Shown here: positions 25,688 through 40,102 of the stretch, piece by piece | Position numbering within the stretch: the first letter of the stretch is position 1 | How the letters are laid out: every line of letters begins with the position of its first letter | NCBI GenBank assembly: GCA_964016885.1 | Contig: OZ024741.1 | Location: 325,004,001-325,068,000 of the forward strand | Direction of reading: 5' to 3' | DNA: 64,000 nucleotides | From: Eledone cirrhosa | Lineage: Eukaryota | The notes under the pieces: generated by a model | Databases searched by the model: none | Told to the model about the DNA's origin: nothing | The model's input: the letters and a program-made list of their open reading frames with translations, nothing else | Position numbers and translations under genes: made by a program

Positions 25688-28128
25688 TCACCCTCTGCTT
25701 AGACTGGAAAGCAGTCGATAAAAATGAGGAGAAAATGTCTGCAAAGCTAACATAAGTCATGCAAAGCAAATACAAAAATGAAGAAAAAAGAGGAAAAAAA
25801 AGAATAGTTCATATGTAAATTGTTTTACAAAGTTTCTTGGGCCAATGGACCTGACGACTACTACGAGTTGTCGTGATGTATGTTGAAGGTAAAGGGGTGT
25901 TTGTATGTGACTGTGGTACTTGCGGTGGTGTTTGTATTGACACATTGTAGGAGGGGGAATATGAGGCTCTGGTGTGAGAGCATCTGTGTAGGCCCGCTTT
26001 AGTCTGTCAATAGAGACTGTCTTTATGTCCATTAAAGTCAATGGTGAAGTATTTGTTTTTACGTGCAAGTACGCGATAGGGTCCAGAATAAGGGGGACTT
26101 AGAAGACTTCTCACTGCGTCATTTCTGATAAAAACATGGGTCCACGAGGCAATGTCCCTCGGAACCGAAGATTAATGGCTTGTTGCCTAGTGTTCATAGG
26201 AGGCAGGACTTGCAAATACGAACGCAAATGGGTCACATAGAGTGTAGGATCCTGAGTAGAAAGGTCGACTGGGGAAAGCATCTGCCCTGGCAGAGATAAA
26301 GTAGTGCCGTACAAAAGCTCGGCTGGAGAGAATCCAAGGTCCTCTTTAATTGAAGTGCAGATACCGAGTATTACTATGGGAAGGTAGTCGCTCCAATGTA
26401 GAGTATCCGGATAGGCACACAATGCGACCTTTAACTGACGATGAAAACGCTCTACCATTCCATTAGATGCAGGATGTAACTGGTAGTCCTGATGCGTTGA
26501 GCGCCGATGATATTTGATAGATCTGTGAAAAGTTGAGATTCGAACTGCCTACGACGGTCTGTAGTAATAGTGGTAGGTAGGAACTCCATAGCGCGATATC
26601 CATCCTGAAACCAGGGCTCGCGCTACCGATTCAGCAGTTATGTCACTAAAAGGGATGGCTTCAGGCCATGTAGGGAAACGGTCAATGCAGGTCAGGATGT
26701 ATGAACATCCACGACTGGCAGGCCAAGGTCCCACGATATCGATATGTATGTGGCAAAACGTGCGTCAGGTGTGCTAAATGTGCCGAGAGGTGTGCGAATA
26801 TGTTTATGCACCTTCGATTTCTGACAAGACAAACAGGAACGTGACCAAGCAGTGATATCACGTCTCATATTCGGCCTGAAGAATCTAGCTGAAATGAGTT
26901 TCACTGTGGCGGAAATTCCAGGGTGTGCCAAACTGTGTAGAGAGTCGAAAACTATTCGACGATGAGTCTCTGGGACCAGAGGGCGAGGTGAATCTGTTGC
27001 AGTGTCACACAGAATCTGAGAGTCCGAAATGGGTACAGGCAGGTATTTGAATTTGCAGGTTGCTAATTCAGGTGAAGAAAGATCCAAAGACTCTAGGGTG
27101 GGCTGTTCTGCAGCCATAAGATGCAAGTCGTCAATATTCGCAGATGCTGACAAAGCATTGATGGGTAGGCGAGATAAGGCATCCGCCGCTGTATTTTGTT
27201 CACCAGGTATATGACGAATGTCATTCGTAAACTGGGATATGAAGTCCAAATGACGAGTTTCTTGAGGTGAGTATTTGTTCGGATTGGAATTAAGTGCGAA
27301 CGTAAGTGGACGATGGTCAGTATAGATCGTAAATTCTCGGCCTTCCAGTGAGTGCCGAAAGTGTTTAACAGCAAGAAAAATGGCTAACAGTTCGCGGCCG
27401 AAGGTGCTATAGCGGGATTCGCCGGGCTTTAGCTGCTTTGAAAAGAAAGCAAGAGGTTGAAGCTGTTGTTGGTGATGCTGTTGCAATACTGCACCTACCG
27501 CTGTGCTTGATGCATCCACAACCAGCGAAAACTGGGCACCAGACACGGGGTGTGCAAGCAGAGATGCATTTGCTAAATTCTGTTTAGCTTTGGAGAATGC
27601 TTCGAGTTGAATGGGTCCCAAAGCGATTGGTTCGTTCTTCTTTCTGTTACGCAGTAGATCAGATAGTGGAGCAAAGAGTTCTGCGCAATGCAGGTTAAAC
27701 CGTCGATAATAATTTAGGAGGCCCAGGAACTGCTGCAGCTGTCGTAAGGAAGTAGGCGGAGGGAGTTCCTGAAGAGCCTTCACTTTCTCAGGAAGTGGGA
27801 ATATTCCTTCAGAGTTAATCACGTGGCCTAAAAAGACGAGCTAAGCAGCGCCGAAAATGCACTTCGCAGGGTTAATAGGAACTTAGTACTGCCTAAATCG
27901 TTCAAACAGTTGGCGGAGGTGCGAGATATGGTCCTCCGGTGAAGCACTCGCGATGAGAATATCGTCGATGTAACAATATACAAAATCTAGGTCACGGACG
28001 ACTTCGTCCATAAATCGCTGGAAGGTACTAGCACATTGCGTAATCCAAAAGGCATTGTTAAAAACTCGAATGCACCGAAAGGTGTAGTGACAGCAGTTTT
28101 AGGAATGTCCGCAGGATTCATAGGAATT
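25257..28128 (-). mobile_element. Ty3/Gypsy LTR retrotransposon, 5'-truncated (RT-RNaseH-integrase plus 3' LTR)
   Basis: The minus strand reads IPKTAVTTPFGAFEF, YIDDIL, FLGLLNYYRRF, VDASSTAVGAVL, YSTFGRELLAI, HSLAHPG..CLSCQ and GMVERFHRQLK, with frameshifts. The domain order RT-RH-INT is that of Gypsy elements. Confidence 0.93.
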
Positions 28129-29460
28129 TCAGCAGAGAATGAGAGAGAAGAATAATTTGATTCACTTCGTTAATTGCGATAACCATTCACTTAATTTGGC
28201 TGGTCTTCATGCAACCAAAAACGATTCTGCTATGATGAACTTTTTCAGTTGCATTGACTCGTTATACAACGTTTTTTCTCGTTCAACACGACGATAGGAA
28301 GCCCTTAAAGAAGTTGCTCCAGTGGTTGTTAAATATCCTTCCGACACGCGGTGGAGTGCTAGATGTACCGCAGTCAGACCGGTGGCGAATTATTTGACGC
28401 TGATTGTTCAAGTTCTCAAAAGAATTAATGATGATGAAACAGAGACATGCGAGAGTAGAAGTGATGCCATAACTCAGTATCCGTAATCGGATACTGAGTT
28501 ATGAATTCCTGAACTTGATTGGATTCTGGAACACGATTCTCTCACGAATTGACCGGGTTCAAAAGAGACTTCAAGATTCAAGAATGAATTTTCCCGATGC
28601 TGCAGCTGATATAGGAGCCCTTCAACTTTATTTTAAAGAAGAAGGAACATCCTTAATTCCCGAGTCTCTTGAAATGGGCTTCGACCTCTGCTAGAAATGA
28701 AATGTCAATTTTCCGAGGAGGCGATGAAGACGACAAACCAATACCGAAATTACTGAGGACGTCGAGGTGGCTGCCAGAAAAGAGATAGAGAGAGCAATGC
28801 AAAGTTCACTCAATCGTCTTCAAACAGAAATGGAAGAACGGTTTATTCGACTTAAAGAAACCGACTCAAGTTTTGGCTTTCTTCTTGATGTCAACTATCT
28901 GTTTTATTTGGCTGCTCCTGATAACCTTGTCCTTGTGCAACAGTCTTGCGGAACTATACAACTCCGACATCGCCGGAGAGCAATTGTATGAGGAAATCTT
29001 GGACTGCCGATCTTTGCTGGCTACTAGGACAGCTGACCCAATTTTTAAACCGGAGGCACTTCTCCAATTCATCATACAATGCGGCGATGAATGTGTTTTT
29101 CCCAATTTGCGAATCAGCATTCAAATAATGTTGATTTCTATTTCAATTGCCAGTTACGAGGGGTCGTTCAGCAAGCTGAAGCTAATACATTCGTATTTGC
29201 GAACCTCAATGGGCCAACAACGGCTGACTGACCTCGCCCTTTTGAGTGTAGAATTCGAAGAGTTTGAACGAACTGATTTCGAGGAAATTATCAACCAGTT
29301 TGCCTCATTAAAAGCCCAAAAAATCAAGTTGTAACCGTTTTTTGTTTTTTTATTATAAATTCTACCGCAATTTCGTTTTTGTGGATCTTGACTTTTTGAG
29401 GGGGGGGGGGGGGGATTTGGATGCTTGCCCTGGGCGCCGTTTACCCTAGCTACGCCACTG
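28129..29460 (+). mobile_element. hAT (Tip100/ZMYM1-like) transposon remnant, 5'-truncated
   Basis: HSLNL, SDTRWSAR and the hATC dimerisation motif FPNL..SIASYEGSFSKLKLIHSYLRTSMGQQRL..LA.L, with stops and frameshifts. The 3' TIR gctacgccactg ends at 29460. Confidence 0.88.
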
Positions 29461-29558
29461 TATATATATATATACATAATACTCACACACATACACCACA
29501 CACATATGTATACACACCACATACATACACACACACTCACACACGTACGCACACACGC

Positions 29559-29631
<73 letters not shown>

Positions 29632-29863
29632 TAAGAAGAGGATGTCACCGCTTGGATACGCTCAACATCATTGATAACAAACAAAACTGACGTGTTTTAG
29701 TCGTTTGGCTAGTTCAACAAAAAAGCTGTATATACTGTATAAATAAGCGCATACACATATACACATATATATGTGCGTGCGTGCGTGTATGTATGTATGT
29801 ATGTATGCATGTTTGTATGTATGTATGTATGTATGAATGTAGGCATGTATGCATACATGTATG

Positions 29864-29894
<31 letters not shown>

Positions 29895-30796
29895 CAACGA
29901 AGTTACCTCACAAACACGACTTTCTGTGATAAACCAGACAGACGACATATTGATATGATTTTCGCCATGTCAGGCTAACAATGTCGTAGATATAGTCGTT
30001 ACTGTTTTTATTGCGAAGGTTAAGAACTGTTAAAGGTGTTAGGTGTTCACTATCGTAAGATCATCATGGTGGTGGTGACGGTGGTGTTTCTGCTGCAGAT
30101 CCTGGTGTATCAATTTCCCGATTAGCTAATCAGTCACCAATCACTTTGTTATTTTTTTTATTACCACCTAAGCAACCATTTCATCGGAATATGACGCCAA
30201 CTGTCGCTCTGAACGAAAAACATTCTTAAGTGATATTCGTCCATCTTGGAAATGTTACCTCCACTCTGAGCAAACAAGAGACAGGTTTTATTCAAGCAAT
30301 AATCACTAAACATATAACTTTTGATATTTCAAGGATTTTGTATTTTTATTATTTGTTATTTTCAAACCGGAGGCAATTAACTCAAGGAAGAAGAATTTCA
30401 AATAACAGGAGAGGAATTTTAGCTATATAAAATTTGAGGCCCTTCAGTAAAACAAATCGGGTAAAATAATTCAAAGATTACTATTTATTAATGATTACAA
30501 AATTAAATTATATATTTATATATATGTATACAGGTGCGGTGAAAGGATGTCTGAATTTAGGGGGGGGGGGGGGGGGATTTGGTCACTTTAGTTGTAGTGA
30601 TTAGTTTAGCTGTTATTATCAAATATCAACCAATATAAAAAAAAAACTTTGATATGCAATAAACATAACATGTATTGATTCGAAGTTGGCATGAATTTTC
30701 TCAGTGTTTTATTGACAGATTAAAGCAATGGACGGTCTTATTTGCATATAATATGTTTGTGTATGTGATTGTGTTGTTATTTCTGTTTACCTTTTA

Positions 30797-30877
<81 letters not shown>

Positions 30878-31793
30878 AATGAAATTGCAATGTACCCAAC
30901 TATAGTGTATATTGTGTATATATCAAAGAGCGATCGCGAATTAACAGCTCACAAAAAATTAATAAAGCGATTTAATAAATCGTTCTAATAATTCAGACTG
31001 TAAAAATAAAATGGTGAAAATTATTAGATGACAATTCAAAATAGGAAAGGAATTGAAGATATCTGAGATTGCAAGGGGAGAAACGTGAACTGGGTCTCTG
31101 ATTAATACTGTGTGTTATAACAAGTATTATTTCTAACAACATTATTGTAAACTATATTGTCTATTATCGAAACCACATCCTCATACATCAATACATTCAA
31201 ATGTCGTCTGTGTTTATCTGAAAAATGAAATATACAAATGTAGCCGCTTTATTCGTTAAATTCAAACGTAAAATTAGTCTTTTTGTGCCCAGCCCCCGGG
31301 GGGGGGGGGGGGGAAATAAAGGTAATTCACTTTCAGAATTAACAAGTAAAATAAAATATGTTCCTTTACGCTGGTATTTAGTTTGCAAAGGGTAAAAATG
31401 TATTAACTACTAAGTGATGCACCGCGTATGACCATAAACACGTCCATATTGTTGATAGAGTTGTATTGCTACTGTGTGGATGGTCGAATCCCTGTCAGAG
31501 ATTTCTTCAGAGAAGGTCCAGATAAGGATTGTCAAACTGGGCTACAAGTAATGGGTTTCCCTAATTTTCAGGATATTACTTTTTTTTTCTTCTTTTTTTT
31601 GTGGTAGGGATAGGGAGCAACTCAATATTTGTTAAGCTGGTGAACTGGCAGAGTCCTTAGAACGTTGGATAGAATACTTGCGGTATTTTTTCCTGAACTC
31701 TGAGTTCAAATCTCGCCGTGGTCGACTTCTCCTTTCATCTTTTCGAGATCGATAAATAGCAGTTTAATACTGAGGTCGATTCTCAACTCTCTC

Positions 31794-31826
<33 letters not shown>

Positions 31827-32569
31827 TCCTCTCTCTCTCTTCCTCTCTCATCCAGTACTTGACTGGCACTTTATTTTATTTTGTCGACTCCGCTACGATG
31901 AAAGGCAAAGTTGACCTTGGCAGAATTTGAGCTCCGAATAGCAAGAGCCAGAACAAATATCACAATGGTATTTTATCCGACACTCTACCCATTGACTATA
32001 ATATTTGTTTCTACCTTAGACACAAGGCCAAGAGTTTGAAGGGAGGGGAGGAAAGTCGACTAATTCGACCCTAGTGTGTTACTGGTACTTTGTTTTATCG
32101 ACCCCGTCATAATGAAAGCAAAGTTAACTTCGGCGGGATTTAAGCTCAGAACATAAAGGGCCGTGTCTACTTGCCGCCAGGTATGCTATCCAACGATCTA
32201 CAGACTTTGCCGACCCACCAAATATAATATTAATTTATCAATTAAGTAAATTAGAACCGGGACCTCATGGTTGTGTAGTGAACAACTTTACCATTTAACC
32301 AGATTGACAGTGATAGTGAGAAGAGTGTGACGTGTCAATTCGGTCCTATGTAATGTTTACACAACCTGGTATTGACGGGGGTCAAGCGAAATTGTTGTTT
32401 TAAGTGGACACCTGTGCGTATGTCTCTCAAAATATGTGTGTATGTGTGTGTATAAGTGTGTATGTGTGTGTGTGTGTGTGTGTGTGCGTGTGTGTGTGTG
32501 AGAAAGAGAGAGTGTGTGGGGGGTAGGTTGTAAGATGTGTATGTGAGTGGGTGTGTAACGTGTGTGAGT

Positions 32570-32602
<33 letters not shown>

Positions 32603-33282
32603 CGTTTGTAAGATCTGTGTGTGAATGGAATGGGTGTGTAGTGTGTAATATGTTGGGTGTGTATACGTGTGATTTTGTGTATGGTAGGATGCGTGTGTGT
32701 GTGTGTGTGGAAGCGCGCATGGGTGTGTGTATGCGTGTATGTGTATGTGTACGTGTTTGTACGTGTGTGAGGGAGGGGTGGGGGGTAAGATGTATGTTAG
32801 TGGGTGTGTAGTACGTAATATGTCGGGTGTGTTAACATGTGATTTTGTGTATTGAATGTTCTATGTGTATATGTGTCTGTATAAAGGGGTGCGTGTGTGA
32901 GCGCGTCGGTATGTGCGTGTGTGTCTTTGTATGTATGCTGTGTGTGGGTGGGGGCATGCATATATGCGTGTATGTGTTTCTGTATTTGTATTACTAATTT
33001 ATTGGGTAGGTGTGTGTGTATTACGTACGTCTACAACTGTATATGTATTTCACATTGCTTTAGTCCACCCTTCTTAGCTGACTCTGACTCTGGATCAGAA
33101 TGTTAATCGGAATTGTAATCGGGATCCGGATCTGGATTTGGATCTCGGTCTGGAAATGGTAATGAGCTGGAAAGAATGTTTCAGGACTCTGTTCCCCACC
33201 CCCTCAGGAATAAATGGGTGAAGAAGAAGAAGAAGAAGAAGAAGAAGAAGAAGAAGAAGAAGAAGAAGAAGAAGAAGAAGAG

Positions 33283-33800
33283 GAAGAACCCTGAGCGCCT
33301 CTTTGATCTCCATGTGTCTAACACACGTGGACATGCCTACAAGATAAGAAAACAGCACAGCTCCCATGACTTTCGCAGACATTTTTTCACGCTCAGAGTT
33401 GCTGAAGCATGGAACAAACTGCCTGCGTCAATTGTTAGCTGCCGAGACACTGCATCCTTTAAGACACTTATGCTTCCCGAAATACGCCAAAACTACACCT
33501 GATGTACCCCTTCCATACACATGCACACATGTGTGTATCATGACTCGTGCACTGTTCATTTTACTGATGTTTGTGCATTGCCCTATGTACTGTACATGCA
33601 CTTTTTTGATGAGTTGTGGTGCACCTGGGCACTGTACACAATATTTCATTATTGTTATTGTTATTATATCATGACTCATACACTGTTTATTTTCCTGACA
33701 TTTGTACATTATTCTATGTACTATACATGCACCTTTGATGAGTTGTAGTGCACCTGAGCACTGTACACAATAATTTCATTATTATTATTATTATTATTAA
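33283..33800 (+). mobile_element. CR1-clade LINE 3' fragment inserted into the (AAG)n tail of an RTE 3' end
   Basis: TRGHAYKIRKQ..DFRRHFFTLRVAEAWNKLPASIV...FK C-terminal motif, stop at 33502, a 3' UTR with an internal repeat and a (TTA)n tail. (AAG)n lies on both sides. Confidence 0.85.
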
Positions 33801-34595
33801 GAAGAAGAAGAAGAAGAAAAGTAAATGAAAGCAGCGTCAGATAAATTGTCTTGTTCAAGGACACATCGCATTGCAGGGAATCGAGCTCAAGACCTTACGA
33901 TCGTAAGCCAAACACCCTAACCACGGCCAAGTCACACACAATGCACGAGTTTGATTCCCAGCAGTGCGATGTTTCCCAGAACAAGACACTTTATTTCAAT
34001 TTATTTTAGTTCACTCGACTGAAAAAAAGGAGTGTGTTCCTCTAATTCGAATGACCAGCCTTGTTACATAATCTCACGCTGAGACTCTCTGAAAACTGCA
34101 TTAAGAGTACACGTGTCTGCCAGTGGTATGCTCAGCCATCCTCACGTTAATATGATCAACAAGCTATTACGTTGTTCGAACAACTGGAACGCTCATCATC
34201 GGAACCGACAAAGGTACAAAACACACATGTGCTTGTGTTTACGTGGTGTGTGCGCGTGTTTGTGTAAATGAGACATGGGTGGTACACTATATAGTTAGGT
34301 GTGTAGAGTGAAAACATCACAGACTTTATTTTAATTATAATTTTTTTTTCCATTTTATTTTTCTGTCAAACTTATAAAGGTTATCTCAATGTCTCATCAC
34401 AAATACTAAGGGAGGTAAATACGATATTCCCTTTAAATGTATAGTTTTCCCTTGGAATTACTGTGTAAGGGAGGTAAATCTTTTTGCCAAATCATTTTTT
34501 TTTTCTCTTTTTGCCAATGAGATGAATAAATTACATCCGAAGGGTAAAATTGGCTAATGCAGTGTCTCATATATATATATATATATGTATGTATG

Positions 34596-34666
<71 letters not shown>

Positions 34667-35399
34667 GGATGGATATGTATGCATGATTTTCTTTACGCTG
34701 ACACCGCATAACAACCGGTGCTGTTTGTTTATGTCCCGTAAGTTAACTGTTTGACAACAAGCGATCGATAAAATAAGTAGCACCGGTACTAGAATCTATG
34801 TTATCAACATAAATATTTCACATAAAAATATAGAATCACTAGAAAAAAAAAATTAATTCAGCCTGTGGCGTTCGAGATGTTTGGGGAGATGGGCCGATGA
34901 CAACGAAGTTCTTGTCATCGCTGGCGGCTCACCAAGGTATCAGGTGATGCCCGTGAGGCTTTTTTTTGTTTCAGCGTCATAGCCTCACTATCACTTGGCC
35001 TTACCAAGGTATCATGGGACGTTTTTAGTGAGGGTGCTTGGTTATTCCAGCGCCTTAGTCTCGTTATCACTCACGGTATTGTTGCCAGTGTGTTGGCTTG
35101 CCTCAAAAAGTATTAGAGGCTCCGGCACCCCATCTGGTGTGTAACCGATTGACCCACACTTAATGTTGACATAATATTTTCTTTCGTTTTGATTCTATAT
35201 TTCCATGTGAAATATTTATGTAATCAAGTAATAGAGGTATAGGTGTTGCATTTTGACAAATAAAACTTTTCTTTCTTATATTATCAACTCGTGATAACCA
35301 ATAATATGTTCATCATCTGAATTGGATTGGATGCTGTACAATATCTGTTCTGGTTCTGTGTATTCTGAGTTCAAATCCTAATTCCTGCCACCAGAAAAG

Positions 35400-35640
35400 T
35401 GATCACATGTTAGTAGTGGGGCTCCTATCATTAAAATACTCAAACTTCCTAATAGTATATAACCACATAGAAGGTTGGCTACAAGCAATGACTTGATAGG
35501 AGAGTGGGGTCTTCTATCATTAACCTCATAGAAAGCTGGCTAAAACATGTGAGAATATAGTAGGGAGCTTCTATAATTAAAACACTCAAGATCCCTCCTA
35601 ATATGTAACCTCATAGAAAGCTAGCTAAAACCTATGCAGG
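35400..35640. repeat. Short degenerate tandem repeat
   Basis: Recurring agtggggctcctatcattaa and aacctcatagaaagctggctaaaa units. Confidence 0.55.
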
Positions 35641-35856
35641 TAACAACAAAAAACAAATTCCATATAAGGTAACACAGACATAAGTATTTATCTTGATACT
35701 AAATTCAGCCTTGTTCTAGGTCAGATAAAGAGTTCGTCCCAATATTAGATATGTATTTGAATGCACTTTTAATCCTCAGGTCAGTAGCTCCACTTCAGTA
35801 CTGACTCGCTCTGTGAAGATCCGTTCAGCTCTTGCAAGCAGGAATAATGGACGTTA

Positions 35857-36323
35857 AATGATGATGATGAGTATGATGTTGATGATAGTATATATTGTCC
35901 ATCGGATGCTAACATGGAAAACAGTCGTTAAACGATGGATCATGATAATCATGATGATCTTAATGATGATGGGGGAGGTGGTGGTGGTGGTAGTGGTAGG
36001 AGGTGATGGCGATGATGATGATAATGACAAAAATAATGTTGACGACAATGATGATAATGAAAAGGATAAAAATGATAATGACGACAATGTTGATGATTAC
36101 AAAAATGATGACAGCAACAACGATGACAATGATGAAGATGACGACTATGATGATGAGGAGGAGGAGGAGGGAGGGGGTATAAAGGTTCGTATGTGTAAAT
36201 ATATCCACATAGTGACATTTTCTAATTCAACAAAATTGTCGTTATTTAGTCATAGGTCTGCTCCAATCAAGCAGACTTATGATCACAGATGATCTAAAAC
36301 ATAAAAGGACATATTGAATTACG

Positions 36324-36355
<32 letters not shown>

Positions 36356-36404
36356 GCTGTCATCATCATCATCATCATCGTCGTTGTCGTCGTCGTCCTT
36401 ATCG

Positions 36405-36444
<40 letters not shown>

Positions 36445-36570
36445 TGTCATCATCATCATCATCGTCATCATTGTCGTCCTCCTCGTCGTCATCATCATCA
36501 TCATTATCATTGTCATCATCACCATTACAAACACCATCATTATCATCACCATAATTGTCATCATTGTCAG
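35857..36570. repeat. (GAT)n-rich tract followed by (CAT)n-rich tract
   Basis: Trinucleotide low-complexity sequence that produces the spurious poly-D/I/M ORFs. Confidence 0.9.
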
Positions 36571-36930
36571 CGTTATTATAGTTCTAGATATACTATACCT
36601 GAAAAGAAAAAAATAGCTAAGAGCTGATCATAGCTGGGTTGTCTTTGATCATACATATGCTCAATCGGAACTAATCATTAACCAAACAAACAACAAAAAC
36701 GGGGTGGAAAGGGGGTACAATGGATGTGATGGAATTTGACAGTGCAATGTAGGAGAGAATGGCGAGATACTGGGCTCTATAATGGTTTCTGATTTAGGCA
36801 CTTCTTCTAGAAGATGATCATGCCGTCTGGCCTTTTGCGTACCCTCGGTCCAGCCAAACCGTCTCGAGCTGGGACGCGAAGCCTGCAGCATCCAAGTCAT
36901 GCTTGATGACCTCTTTGAGAGCAGCATATA

Positions 36931-39430
36931 TTCTTCTTCTTCTTCTTCTTCTTCTTCTTCTTCTTCTTCTTCTTCTTCTTCTTCTTCTTCTTCTTCTTCT
37001 TCTTCTTCGCCCACTTATTCCTGAGAGGGTCGTACGGGCAGAGTCATCAACACTCCCTCCAGAGGGTCCTGTCAGAAGCAACCGTCTCCAATTGATCCGG
37101 CTAGATCCCCAAGCGAAACCAGCCAAGTTCATGAATGTTATCCAACCATCTTGCTCGGCGTCTACCCCTGGGTCTCCTACCTATTGTTTTTGCCCGTAAA
37201 ATCTGTCCAGCGATTCTTTCCCGAGACATTCTAACCACATGTCCGTAGTATTGAAGCTGTGATCTCTCAATTCGAGGAAGTAGCGCCTCTACCTGGAGTG
37301 ATTGTCTGATCTCCAAGCTACACACTTTATCGAGAAACGTTACTCCAAAGACTCTTCGGAGGAATACCATTTCGGCCGCTTGTATTCGCGATCGTATTCT
37401 TTTGGTCATAACCCAAGATTCATGACCATAGGTAAGGGTTGGCACGAATACCGAATTGAAGACAGCGAGTTTGGCTTTTACGCCTATCTTTTTTTTTCAT
37501 TGTTGAATGCCGAAGCTGGCGCATTACGGCAACAGCTTTTGCAATTTTTGCACTTAATTCAGCCTCCTGCCTTCTATCCGGCGTGAACACGGCCCTGATA
37601 TACGTGAACTTCTCTACCTGCTTCAGTGGAACTCCATTCACATGTAGCGTGCACTGCACAAGCTTCCTTGAAAAGACGCGTGTCTCAGTTTTCGCAGCAC
37701 TAATTTTCATTCCAGCCATATGGTACTCGGCATCAGACCTATCAAATGCAAGTCGAAGATCATCTGCTGTCGTCTGCAAATTCCAGCCGACTGATTTTAC
37801 ACCCGCCAGTCAATCTACAATCAGCAAATTGCTCAAGATACGGAGTTTGTATATCTCGGTCACAAAGTATCATCAAAGTATCGCATCGCTCTAGGTTGGA
37901 CAGCTTTCAACAAAAACAAGGAAGTACTAACATGAAAACGAGTTTCCTATCATTTGAAGGCTAAGATCTTCGATACTTACATCCTACCAGTTGTGTTATA
38001 TGGTCTTGTCTGTGTTAATTGGACGACAAGGCCACTTCAGAAGCTCTTTACATTCCAGAACCACATCATGAGACTTAAGACTGGCAAGCGGCTCAACGAC
38101 CGTATCTGTATCAGTGAGCTGCTCAACACTACCAGTCTTAGACAAATTACATCAATTGTCAAGTCAAGAGTACTCAAACTATACGCTCATATAAAAAGAT
38201 CAACTTGTGGTGTGAGTAGGTTATACCTGGAAGGAAAGTTGGCTGGTAAGAGAAGCATTGAAACGATGGCTTGATAATGTCAACCAAAGGACTGGATCTT
38301 TGCTCTTTAAAATTTGCTGTTAGTGATCGAACTTTGTTGATAAAAATATCTCATGTTGATGCGCAGTCTGCAACTGGTGGAGTTTAGCGTCAAAGTAGTC
38401 ATGATACCAATTCCAACCCGGCTGCGCATGTCAATCCTGTTCATGTACATAATGAACAGGAGTGGTGACTGTATGCACCCTTGACGGAGTCCGACTCCCA
38501 GATTGAATGGTTTCGATTTAGCACCATTTATCCGAACACAAATACTCGGGCATTCGTATAGAGAAATCAGGGCAGCAAAAGCTGACCATCGATCCCATAC
38601 TCCTGCACAGCCTTCCACACCAGGTCCCGAGGAACGCGGTCATGTGCCTTCTCAAGGTCAACAAAACAAGAATATATTTATTGGCAATACTCCCACGATT
38701 TCTCGAATACCTGCCGCAGTGTGAATATTTGGTTGGACGTGTTGCGTCCGGGGTGAAAACAATACTGTTCACCAGTTAGCTTGGAGTCGACAATCTCCCT
38801 GCATCTCTTTGCCAGACACTTAGCATAGACTTTACCGAGGAGGCTTAACAAGGAGATCTCTCTGTAATTGGAACAATTTCTCTTCTCCCTTTTTGAAAAT
38901 TGGGATTATCACTCCTGATTACCATTGCTTAGGTGCCCATCCAGAGATCCAGACCACCCGACACACATGAGTCAGCCAAAGAATACTTTCCCTATTTAAG
39001 GCTTTTAACATCTCGGACCGGATTTCGGCAGGATTACTCCTTGGTTCAAGCTTGGCTTGGAAATAAGTCCTCTTTCTTGCACATACAGGCACGAAAAATC
39101 GCAGCATAGACAGTAAAAACGTCCAAAATTAAGACATGGGAAGACTTTGGGACTAGACTGGAATCTAGCTTCAGGTCAGTAAATAAAGTGTTCTGGCAGA
39201 CCATCCGCCGACTTCGTAATAAGAAGCCCTCCTCCACACCTGCTATCAAGAACGCGTCTAGGATTCACCTTTCTTCAGAGAGGTGCATCTTCACGAGATG
39301 GAGAAGATATTTTGTTGATCTCCTAAACCCGATCAAAACAGCATCTTCGGATGTACACGAGGTGCATCTGGGAGCAGTGACTAACCTCTCAGAGGCTGAG
39401 GTCGCAAGAGCAGTTAAAGAGCTCAAATGT
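36931..39430 (-). mobile_element. RTE-clade LINE remnant with (GAA)n tail, nested LINE fragment and inverted 5' part
   Basis: The minus strand reads GLRQGCIQSPLLFIMYM, ADDL, PTLTYGHESW and GRRPRGRRRARWLDNI. A plus-strand LINE piece (KIFDTYILPVVLYG) sits at about 37792-38400, and 39045-39430 (FWQTIRRLR...RWRRYFVDLLN) is on the + strand. Confidence 0.85.
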
Positions 39431-39480
39431 GATTTAGGCACAAGGCCAACAATTTTGGATGAGAGGAAAGTCGATTAAAT

Positions 39481-39690
39481 CGTGTGGCTTAGTGGTTAGA
39501 GAATTAGATTCGCAATTGTGAGGTTGTGAGTTCGATTCCTGGACCGGGTGATGCGTTATGTCCTTGAGCAAGACACTTTATTTCCCGTTGATCCTTCTGT
39601 CAGGAGTTGCGACCGGTAGATAGTAAGTATCAGCAATGGAAAGACCAATGGAAATATTATTTCCATGGTCGGATTTGACGAGTTCCACCA
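39481..39690 (+). mobile_element. Second tRNA-SINE family (CORE-like domain)
   Basis: gtggcttagtggttag (A box), gagttcgattcc (B box) and ttgagcaagacacttta. A close copy lies at 62408-62615 and a partial one at 57810-57920. Confidence 0.75.
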
Positions 39691-40019
39691 ACGTAGCTTT
39701 TTAAACATATTTTTTAAAGATTATAGCTGATTATTTTAATCGCTAATTGTAGTGCCATAAAGTATGGGTGACAACTACACACACACACACACACGCACTA
39801 ATATATATATATATTTTTTTTCGTTCTTCAACCTACACACCTTTGCTTTCTCTTCCCTCCTCTCTTTATCAGTATCACTGTTTAAGTAATACTTTCTTTC
39901 TCTCTCACCCTTTCACTTACTCTATTCTCTCTTTCTTTCTACTTTCTCTCACCGGCTTTATGCTTTCTAGCCTCCCACTACCACTCAATGGGGCGTTATA
40001 CTGTCTCTCTCTATCTATC

Positions 40020-40102
40020 TTACACGTTTTTATTGTATGTAAACTTCCCCCTTTGTATTTGTCCCCTTCTTTTGTGCCCCTGTGGCTAATAAAGAAACAT
40101 AT
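40020..40102 (+). mobile_element. Extreme 3' end of the same Tx1/L1 LINE as 21190-22252
   Basis: ttacacgtttttattgtatgtaaa...ctgtggctaataaagaaacatatct is nearly identical to 22173-22256. Confidence 0.85.

Noticed and set aside
35854-36616. Acidic D/N-rich and poly-I/M ORFs
   Set aside because: They come from (GAT)n/(CAT)n low-complexity sequence with no splice or homology support.
39481-39560. tRNA-like A and B boxes (also in many other copies)
   Set aside because: These are SINE heads with no complete cloverleaf or acceptor stem.
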